A stretch of 64,000 nt of DNA, from positions 768,736 through 832,735 of the forward strand of contig NW_003314302.1 of assembly GCF_000143415.4 (NCBI RefSeq). Reading direction: 5' to 3'. Source of the DNA: Selaginella moellendorffii. Its lineage: Eukaryota; Plantae; Lycopodiophyta. The notes beneath the pieces were generated by a model. The model was not told the DNA's origin and did not search any database. It was given only the letters and a program-made list of their open reading frames with translations. Below are positions 12,486-21,891 of this stretch, piece by piece; position 1 is the stretch's first letter; every line of letters starts with the position of its first letter. Position numbers and translations under genes: made by a program.

Positions 12486-13305
12486 CTCTCTTGCTTCTTT
12501 TTATTGTTTTTCAGCATCATAATGGCATAGTGTTTTTTTCTAAATCCTAAGTCCACATCAAAGAACTAAGACAGCTGGAAAACTAAAGTCCTACAGGATC
12601 GGAGCTTCAATTTCTCATTCTCTAGTGCATGCAGTAACCTGTCATTATCAAGGTTTTGCAACTATTCTTCAAAAGTCTATATAAAATTTCAAATGTGATT
12701 TTTGAGGAACTAAAAGTCTACCTGGTATTCCCTAGAAGAATCCATTCCCACCTTTTAGCATTGTTAACTGGAAAATGCAAACAGTATTGGAAAAAAACAG
12801 CATACAAACAACTTAAGATTTCATGGTTGTGGATTCTAATTCTGTGCTGATTTAAGGCCAACTTGTCAAAGAATTTGTTAACCAGAAACTCCTTCTAGGG
12901 GACAGATAGCTTGCACACCTATGGGTTGTCTTCCTCAAGATGCTATATGGCTTGTCTTCCTCAAGATGCTACCCTCGTCTGCATCACTAAATGCATCTTC
13001 GTCTTTCTCAATAACCATACCGTCATTGCTATGCATCTCTAAACAAATGCCAATAAACAAAAGCCCAAAACAAAAACAAAGATCAAAACCCCAAAGATGA
13101 GCAACCAATTTATAAACAAAAGCCCAAAACAAAAACCGCTGCTGTGCATTTTTAAACAAATGCCTGAGCTTCCTTAAAATCTCTCGGTGAGCCCGAGCTT
13201 CCTAAGACTTTGGAGTTGACATGGACTGAAGAAAGGGGGAGGTTTTAATTCAAGTTAAGAAACCGCTCCAAGAAGTTGATATCAATTAGTCAAGTTAATT
13301 TTTAA

Positions 13306-13974
13306 TCAATTGCGCTGCCTTGGCTTCCGGGGTTCTTCCAGCCTATAAAATCCTTTGAGTTCTGTCTTCCATCTAAACACCTCGTCTCTTACACTCTTGT
13401 CCTTGAAAACAATCCTTATGGGCTCGGGCTTTCCAAACACTGGCTCTCGCAATTGCAACCTCTCAGTCTCCACAATCCACTCCATGTCAAACTCCTCTGC
13501 CTTGTAGCCCAGCCCGTCGTAGATCACGCTCGCGACGTGATCCCGCAGCTCCTCCTCGTCCTGCTCGTCGCTCTGGAACCAAAGCCGCGGAGCAAACAGG
13601 ATCAAGCTCCGCTCCCAGCGCTCCCACGCCTTGATCTTGTTCATCTCCTCCATCTGGGAGCGAGTGTAATCCTCGGAAATCGCGAATCCCAGCTTCCGGG
13701 CTTCCTCCTGCTTGCCTAGCAGGTGGCTCCGCAGCTTGGAGCCGGCGGCAAATTCGACCAGGATGTCGCGAGGTCTCCTTCGATCCTCGATCTCGCGGCC
13801 AAGCCTCTGGGCGCTCTCCTTGATCTTCTTCGAGACGGTGACCAGGCCCAGTTCCTTAAGGATCGCCTCCACTACTTGGCCAACGTCCTCGCCTTGCTGC
13901 TCCGCCACGCCTTTGAAGCGGAGGTTATTGGCGCGCCTCTCGCGCTCGGCGGCTTCGTCCCGCGACTGGACCAT
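13306..13974 (-). CDS. Intronless protein with two tandem LINE ORF1p-like (RRM-type) modules, no ORF2
   Basis: RRANNLRFKGVAE..ED...V..IL.ELG...AQRLG....RPRDILVEF...R..LL......GFAISEDYT is the typical metazoan-type LINE ORF1 pattern. A second degenerate copy follows (ERSLIL...GLGY...ERL...KPEPIRIVFKD..RDEV). First ATG 13974; TATAAAA at 14013-14019. Confidence 0.7.
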   Translation of the reverse strand: MVQSRDEAAERERRANNLRFKGVAEQQGEDVGQVVEAILKELGLVTVSKKIKESAQRLGREIEDRRRPRDILVEFAAGSKLRSHLLGKQEEARKLGFAISEDYTRSQMEEMNKIKAWERWERSLILFAPRLWFQSDEQDEEELRDHVASVIYDGLGYKAEEFDMEWIVETERLQLREPVFGKPEPIRIVFKDKSVRDEVFRWKTELKGFYRLEEPRKPRQRN

Positions 13975-14254
13975 GGTTGACTGGGAGGTTTCGAGCTTGG
14001 ACCGGACGTGGCTTTTATAATTGAAAACTTGACTTTTCTTCCACGGCACATCAGCCTTTTTAATATTAGAAACATTAAAAAATAACTTAATTTAGCTTAA
14101 TAATTAGAAAATTTATAACGACAAATGAATTAATTTAAATATCCGGAATATTCTAATATCTTTAATAGACAATTGTGAACAATACAAAATTAATTTACCA
14201 TTTAGTTGTTCTCTAAATCCGTCACTATATTCTTTTTTTTAAGTTTTGTGAACA

Positions 14255-15229
14255 ATGATCCACTTTTTGATTGTTTTGCTGATTTTTATTTTGCAAAAGT
14301 TTGCTCATTCTTTAGTTCCACCACCACCCTACTATTCCAATCCCACAACAGTTTTTCAACTGGCTTCAGGTGCATTATCACCAGAGCAATTCGAAGATGT
14401 AATTCGGCTCATTACAACTCACTACGCTGATGCTACTGGGCATAATCCTTACAACCTTTTTCCAGTGGGAAGCACATCAGTGGAGTTTCATATTGGTGCA
14501 ATGACACTCAGGATTACATTTTATATCAACGCCCCTGTTGTTGTTATGTTTTGTGTTGCAGATCCCTTAATAGCAATTGGTTTTCCCTCCCATTCAGTGC
14601 GAACCACTTTCAGAAATATCAGAAATCAGATATTTTCAGATGCCTCGACTTATATTAGAGGAAGGCGGAGGTTTTGTGCCGAAATACGCACAGAATTCTC
14701 AAACTTTGCCATACACTATCGAGTAAACTTTGGTGTTTACCAAGCACAAAACTATGGTATGGCCTTTATTTCTCAGACACCCAAGGTAATTAGAAATACG
14801 TCTAATGTGATGGAGGATGATATTGCTGGAAGTGAGTGTTGGAGCTTTGAATCATCACTTATAGGGAATCAAAACAAAGTTCCGGGGTCTTTTATTCCAG
14901 CAGGAAATAGCTTGAACTCGGTGAATGGGCTTTACAGGCTGACCCTGCGCATAGATTGTAAGTTGGTGTTAATTGAGAAGAGCAATGGAAGAATTTTATA
15001 CTTGAGTAAGCACCCTTACAAGCCTATTGATGGATGCTTGGCCCATTTACAGCAAGATGGGAATTTTGTGATTAAAAACCCTCAAGATCATCCTTTGTGG
15101 TCATCTGATATATATTGTAACCCACAACCCAATTGTGTTATAACAGCAAGTTTAGTGGTGAGGGGCGATGGAAATGTTTTCATTTTTAACTTTGATACTA
15201 AAGAAATAATTTGGAGAGCTATCGAGTAA
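14255..15229 (+). CDS. Intact secreted protein: signal peptide + ~150-aa unassigned domain + bulb-type lectin domain
   Basis: 324-aa intronless ORF with hydrophobic N-terminus. C-terminal GNSLNSVNGLYRLTL.DCKLVL, HLQQDGNFVIK..LWSS and VRGDGNVFIF..IIW form a B-lectin fold. Confidence 0.85.
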   Translation: MIHFLIVLLIFILQKFAHSLVPPPPYYSNPTTVFQLASGALSPEQFEDVIRLITTHYADATGHNPYNLFPVGSTSVEFHIGAMTLRITFYINAPVVVMFCVADPLIAIGFPSHSVRTTFRNIRNQIFSDASTYIRGRRRFCAEIRTEFSNFAIHYRVNFGVYQAQNYGMAFISQTPKVIRNTSNVMEDDIAGSECWSFESSLIGNQNKVPGSFIPAGNSLNSVNGLYRLTLRIDCKLVLIEKSNGRILYLSKHPYKPIDGCLAHLQQDGNFVIKNPQDHPLWSSDIYCNPQPNCVITASLVVRGDGNVFIFNFDTKEIIWRAIE

Positions 15230-15333
15230 TCTCTTTTTTGAACTTACAATGAGAGAGATCGATAGGGACCATACTAAAATTTCCTAATGTTTTCTAAGCT
15301 AAAGTATATCTCGCACCATGTTGAATCTGTTTT

Positions 15334-15630
15334 TTACACGCAAATCCTTTTTAGGACAAGAACAATCCTGTCCACCATCTTCTCAATCTTAACAATCCTT
15401 TGGGAGAGCTCCCTCTGATATTCCTCAATTTCTTTCAATTTCGCGTCAAAACATGCCTGCACCTCGTTGCTGTCATGCTTTCCACAATCAGCTCCAAATC
15501 CTAAACTTTTCTCAAGGTTGTCAAATCTCGAAGTACCACCACATAGATCTTTTACAAGCTTGTCAAATCTCGCAGTACCGCCATTACTATCAGAAGCAGA
15601 TTCAATCCCCAGCCTTTGTAATGAATCCAT
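15334..15630 (-). other. Unassigned short coiled-coil ORF / possible terminal exon
   Basis: 98-aa ORF with internal repeat GGT(A/S)RFD(K/N)L and a heptad-like C-terminus; shares a ~24-nt motif with 4416-4439. Confidence 0.3.
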
Positions 15631-15723
15631 TCTCTTGACAGAACCCTTTTCTCAAGCAAACCTGATTAATACCAAAAACTCAAAAGGGAAAAGGGTTCTT
15701 CCGAGTTTCTGAAAGGTTTACGT

Positions 15724-16685
15724 ACCTGCAGCTGCCCAATCCAACAGTAGAAAAAGCTTCGATGGGACACTTTGCAAACCACGTTCAGAGCACAGCGGCC
15801 GAGGAATCGCGTTCCAGTCGCATGTAGGAACTCCCACACGAGTTTTTTTTAACGATCCAATACTTCCAGCCATGAGAAGTGGGATCTCGTCGTTGGTCCC
15901 GTGAAATCCCCTGCCAATTATCATATCGAGATGTTTAAGAAAAGAAAACCTTTCTTTTCTCACTCTGAAGTCTTGGCGTCCGCGACAGCTGTCGGAATGC
16001 TTTGCAACAGCTTCTAAAGACCTGCCAAACGTTGTCCGATCCCGATGGTTTACTCTGGTTTGAAATAACTTTGTAAAGAACCGTGAGAATGCTTACTCTT
16101 TTCTTGCAGCTTCCATGTTGTCGGGTACATGTCAATCTTTGAGAGTCCTTGAGCTTCTATCAAGTAGTCAAACGTGGTCAGGAGTTCCCAACTTACATTC
16201 GATGAACAGTTGTGCGGATAGATCCACCTGCAGTCCGGTTGAGATCTTGTTGATTGCTTCCACTGCACCGGCCGCTGCAAATACCCAGCTCCCACCTATC
16301 ACATTACAAAAGAAGAAAAAAAAGCGAGTCAAAAGGAAAGAAAAAGAAGCAAAAGCATACCAGAACAGGCTTGACTCCTGTCACAGCTCGCTTCTCCAGT
16401 CCATCGAAGCTGGAGCGCTCAGCTCCCTGCTGCTGCTGCTGCTGTTTCCGTACATTCTGATCCCCGGTGTTTTCAAAGTAACCAGCGCCTCGTTTAACTC
16501 CTCGTTCGAGCGGTTGGACATCTAGTTTAATCCCAGCGTGTACGATTTGTCCGACCGCTCGTTGTGCTTGCTAACAATCTCCAAGTCCTGCTTGAAGATC
16601 GCGTCTTCTTCACTGCTGTAATGCCTCTCATGGTCAATGCACCACCGAGCAAACAGCGCACGACTTGCGTAGGAGCAAACCAGAT
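15724..16685 (-). pseudogene. Papain-family (C1A) cysteine protease pseudogene
   Basis: I29 prodomain LFARWCIDHERHYSSEEDAIFKQDLEIVSKHNERSDKSYTLGLN*MSNRSNEE (TAG at 16522-16524). Mature start APASMDWR, frameshift, AVTGVK. Then GGSWVFAAAGAVEAINKISTGLQVDLSAQLFIEC and TFDYLIEAQGL..MYP. Confidence 0.85.
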
Positions 16686-17139
16686 CAGTCTCATTCTTTC
16701 AGAAAAAAAAGAAAAAAGAAACAAAATGGAGGATATCACGAGAATTGCGCGAGGGAGAACTACAAATGTTGACGCTGCATCACCTGCAGCTAATTTTATA
16801 TTATGGTACACAGAACAAGAGAACGCTTACTTGGTTTTATATTTTCTTTTGGATCATGTTCTCGAGGTTTAAGGCTGCAAAGTCAACAACGAAACCAATT
16901 TCCATTCCCACATCCATCATCATATAAGCTCATGTATGATCCCAGACAGTAAACACAGTAACAAACAATCGAATAGTAACAGCAGTAACTTACACTAGCA
17001 ATCCAATCTGTTGAGCATTCCACTAATCCATGCAATGCCCAGGACTCTGCAAACCATCTGACTACCTTATAAGTTGAAAAAACTAAAATGTACCATAATG
17101 AGAAAAAAGCTTCAGACCAAAATCTCCGGCACCGCAGGC

Positions 17140-18630
17140 TCACTCGGACACCAGAGACGGACTTCGAGGCGCAGGAGACCCTCCCTGTCAAGAACAGTCG
17201 TAAGTTGACGTAAATACAGATAAAATACATACATTAGCCTCGGCTTTGGCGCTGGCTTCACTTGAAACAACATCCCTGGCAGGACTCTTTTCAGCCTACA
17301 CCACCGCCAACTTGTCAGTACAAGCAACAGGTAAAAGCAGAATTACCGCAGGAGAAGGTGAGCGTGAGCGACGCGGGCTGGGGCTTGGGCTCAACTCCTT
17401 CACAGGAGACCTCTACAAAACTCAAGAAAACAATTAAGAAAATACAATGACAATTCACCCCAGCTTACCGACGTCTGAGGCGAGCGTGACCTGCACAACA
17501 TCAATGAAGGTCAGATAATTGTGAAACCGTACTTCTAAATAATTTTACCTCGACCGTGCTACAGGAGACTTGGACACTGACTTCGAGGGGGACTTGGACC
17601 TGCTTCTCGGTGTCCTTGACCGTCTGCATGTACATGGTAAATGATAAATGCATCCCATAAAGAAAAGAAACGCCATACCCGCGGCTGCGACTTCGGCTGC
17701 GACTTCGGCTGCGGCTCCTGCTTCGGGTATAGCTGCGGCTATGACTCCTGCTCCGACTTCGACTCAAGCTGCGTGAAGTGCTTCGTTTCAAGCCCTGAGA
17801 CTTGTCTTCTTTCACACGAATGTACGAGCGAGAAAATGGATTCCGAAACTCCGAATCATCGAGTTTTTTTATCTGTCAAAACACTAGAATCAATCTCCAG
17901 TCCAGTAAAAGAGAATATACAGAAAGAAAAATTAACCGCGTATTTCATATCGTCATAATTGGTGAAATCCACAATGCCAGTAGTTCCTGAGACGACACAG
18001 TTAAACAACTTTCCCCCAAAAATAATACACTGTTACCATTTCCCTCTCGAAACACTTGTGCAAAGCAAACGTCGCCAGCTCGGCGCATATGGTCCTATAG
18101 TTGACAAGTTAAATGGCGACAACAAACAGCAGTGGAAGCGCAATACCTTCAAATCCTGCCACGATGCCGACGAGGGCAATCCAGTGATTATAACTGTCGC
18201 CAAGAAACGTTAAGAAACCAGGTAGCAAACTTCATCCAAAGGCTGTATACACACCTCTATACTCCGAACGCCTGGACACACTTCCTCCCCGGCCGCCATA
18301 GCTGCTGTATCGATCCGAGGACGGAGGGCCTCGGCCACCGTGAGCGATTTCAACCCGTAAACGGTATCCATCGAAGTTGTAGCCGTCACGTCCGCGTATA
18401 GCATCCTCGGCATCTCGAACGTCTTCAAACTCGATGAAGCAGTAGCCTGGAGGCCTCGGCGGGAGTTTCAAGTCAATGTCTACAATGGGCCCATACTGCG
18501 AAACAAGATATGTGGGTTGAGCTGAGCAAACCGAAAACGAGAATACCTTGTGAAACAAGTCGTCAATTTCCCGCTCTCTCACGTCTCCCGGGAGGTTCCC
18601 GACATAAATAGTTCGGCTGGACCGGCTCAT
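17140..18630 (-). CDS. SR splicing factor, SF2/ASF-type (SR30/SR34-like), multi-exon; 3' end approximate
   Basis: RRM1 [34 protein letters not shown]; pseudo-RRM [11 protein letters not shown]; RS-repeat exons. Confidence 0.92.
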
Positions 18631-19267
18631 GGCTTACAGATGGCTGCTTGTAACAGCTCAAAGCCTTCACAGTGCAAGGAAACAAAGCGTCAGTGCCGCA
18701 GAGAAAGAAAATCTAGACACAGACGACCACGCAAACCAAAAAGAGAGAGCCTTTGATCCACACGAGCTCCAAAAGCTCCCTCCATGGCTCGATCTCAAGG
18801 CTCCTCCCCAATAGAAGCGATGACATACCCTCCTGCTTCATCATCCTCTTCCTCCTCCTCCCCTCAAGACACACACGCCAGTTCTAAAGTAAAGGCTAGC
18901 TCCTGGCTCGAGTCCAAGCGCCACGCATCTATCCATGCACACAGGGGCAGTGAATAAAAATGGGCATTCTTCTTTCTCTCCGGACCACTTCCACAGGCAA
19001 ACCACACACGAAAACCAGAAAAAAGCTCCAGCAGCACGAAAGAAAGCTCGAGCGAGCGAGGGAAGGAAGGAATCGGATAATCTCCAGCTCCGAGCCAAGA
19101 AATCAAAGACGCAAGCTCTTCCTCACCTCGATTCGCGTGAAATTTCGGTACCGCCGCCGCGCGCCAAGCGTCTTCGCTCCGCCCGGGCAAACAAAGAACA
19201 AGCGCTCCAAACCCTAGTGGGGCCCAAGATAGAGAGTTTCCGTACAAGCGCACGGACTAGTAAAATT

Positions 19268-20283
19268 TCACAACAAGAAATGTTCCTTGGAATCTTCCGC
19301 GGGCTTCAAATTTTCAAACTTTCCCGCGCTTTTCCGAGCTCCTCCCCCTCCTCGCACCTTTTGCTCGGCGAGCATCCGGTACTTGTCCCGGCGCGTGAAT
19401 CCTGTGCACTGGAACCCTAGCGCGCGCGCGATCCGGTGCTGGATCATGTTGGCGATCTCGAAGCTGCTGGCGCCGCGATCCGTCAGCTCTTGCAGGCTCA
19501 GCCTCTCCAGGAAATTCACCTCGTACCTGGGGCGCGGATTGAGCGCAAAGAAGAAGGGATCCATCGCCTTCCACCCGCGCACCGACGTCCCGTGGAAGAG
19601 CTGGATCTCGCAGTTCATGGCCACCGGCACGACGTTCTCGGCGATCTCCACGAAGAGCTTGGAGAAGCGCAGGAGATAGGGCTCGCGGCAAGTGGTGCCC
19701 TCCGGGCAGACGATTAGGTCACCCCTCCTCAAGTGGTTGCTGATCGTTCGGGCGTCGTGCGATCGACACCGTGTGAGGCGGACGGTCCGGATGGGCGATA
19801 GCAGCTCGCTCACCCAGCTGATGCTATACGTGACGGCCGTCACCCGTCGCAGCACCATGCCCGACAGCATCACCGGGTCGAGGAGCGTCCGGTGGGAGCA
19901 CACGAAGAGATTCCCGGTGGCGGAGGATATTCTGCTTGGACGGGACGACGGAATATTCTCCGGGGGAGTTCCACTGTAGCGCAGCACGACGCCCAGCAGC
20001 GCCTCGGCGGCGAGGATGAGGGGGATGTTAGGGCAGAGGACAAGGATTAGGGATCGTGGGATGGCCAGCGCGATGCCGATGGGGAGCCAGAGGAAGATCG
20101 TGAGCGCCATGGCGGGCGTGGGGCGGACTGCGAGGCGGCCGTCGTGAAAGATCAGGGGTTTCAAGTAGTGCTTGCGCGGGACTGGGCGCGCGTGGGCGCT
20201 CGCCTCCACCACGAATTCTTCCTGGAACAAATTTGAAACAAGGAGCTTGAGCGAGAGCGATAGAGAAAATAAGAGAGAAGAGA

Positions 20284-20314
<31 letters not shown>

Positions 20315-21074
20315 CTCGATCTATGGAGTGGAATGAAAATTTTGCCAGAGAGACACAGAGAGAGAGAAAGCGATGGATTGATTGTGATGGAGAAAGAGAG
20401 AACGTCGAAACAAATATCATCCGGGAGAAGAGGAAATTCTGCGAGAGAGAATGGAAGAAAGACAAGATTTCGCTCACCTTGCATTGCCTGACAAGATCGC
20501 GATCGCTGGAGCAGCAAATACCGATATCCGCCTGGACAGCCGGTGCCGGGATCGACGACGCGATGATCAACCCTGTGCAATACCCGCCGTCAGTGATCTG
20601 GAGCTCCGGCCCTAGAATCTGCTCGGCCCCCAAGAATTCGCGCAGGAAGGGCTCGATCAGCTGCCGAGGGCTCCTCGTCGCGACGACGCAGCGCCTCTTG
20701 CAGTTGACAAGCTTGCTGTAGCAATCCCAGCGCAAATCCTCGAGGTAGAACTTCGGCAGCACGGCCCTGGCCACGGATTCCACTGCCGACGCCTTGAGCC
20801 CGCCCAGCGCGATGAAGACGAGCGCTTGATCGAGGAGGCAAGACTCGAAGATCTTGGCGGCGACGAGCAGAAAGGGATAAGCAAGAAGCAGCGCAAACGC
20901 GCGGATAATGCTCCCGGCCTCGAACGCCACCAAGAACAAGTAGGGAAAGCCGCAAGACGATCGAAGCAGAGCTCCCTCCAAGACGCACAATCCCATCGTC
21001 TTTCTCGTCGGCGCCATTGCCGCCGCCGCCACGATCCTGGCGCTGCCGTTAGCCGTTGCTTGTGCCGGGCTCAT
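19268..21074 (-). CDS. GPAT: Land-plant sn-2 glycerol-3-phosphate acyltransferase (GPAT), two exons (intron 20222-20477)
   Basis: FPYLFLVAFEAGS, ARAVLPKFY, KPLIFHDGRL, CSHRTLLDP, CPEGTTCRE, MDPFFF and FTRRDKY. Confidence 0.95.
20285..20313. repeat. (GATT)n microsatellite in the GPAT intron
   Basis: gattgattgattgattgattgattgattg. Confidence 0.9.
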
Positions 21075-21746
21075 GATTTCCCCCCGCTCCTCGATCTTGC
21101 TGGATTCTTTCTTGCCCGATCCTCCTCGATCGTTGCAGCGCCTCGCAAGAATCTTTAGAAATCCGTGAGCGCTCCTCTATCTACACTACGATCGCATCCG
21201 CGACTGCGAGAGAGAGAAACCTTTCTGAGCTTCGCGCTTCCCAATGCGCGAAAGAAACCTCTCCTATCACTTAGGTTTGCCAATAGCTTTCTTTCGTCTT
21301 CTCATCTCTCACGTGTAGCCACAGCCTCTGGAAATTCCGCGCCGGGAATGTGGTATAGAAATTCCCACCCGGAATGCGCCACCCTTTCAAATGTTTGGAG
21401 CCACTCTGTGTGGCTTCATCCAAATCTCTAGCCAAGAACCGATCCTACTTAAAATGACTAGCCAGTCAAACAAATTTCACCTGTGCTGTGCACCTTTTTT
21501 TACTCTCTTTTACCGGAGCGATGTGTGTATCGTTGTCCGTGAGATTTTACTCCCATGGAACAGATATGTTTGCAGTACTTTCACAAGCATCGAGACGATA
21601 AATCTTTTTTTGTCCCGAGAACGAAGAGAAAAAAATTTTGGGACGAATTATCCAATACATTAATCTGTACGGTATATATACTAAGCATTTTGATCGATTG
21701 ATCGCCGGTCGGCCGATCAATCCAATCGTTTGAATAAATAAATTCG

Positions 21747-21823
21747 CTAACTCTTTTGTCCGTAGCTCCAAGAACAGATGACCCCCTTGTCCGCTGCTCG
21801 CATTTGGCTCTGGAGGATTTTGA

Positions 21824-21891
<68 letters not shown>

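Noticed and set aside
12925-13136. Short direct repeats (TTGTCTTCCTCAAGATGCTA x2; AAACAAAAGCCCAAAACAAAAAC x2) as CRISPR-like or LINE 3' tail
   Set aside because: Two copies each, no spacer structure, eukaryotic context.
18864-19420. Overlapping ORFs of 129-161 aa between SR and GPAT
   Set aside because: No domain signal; probably the SR 5'UTR/promoter and the antisense strand of the GPAT end.
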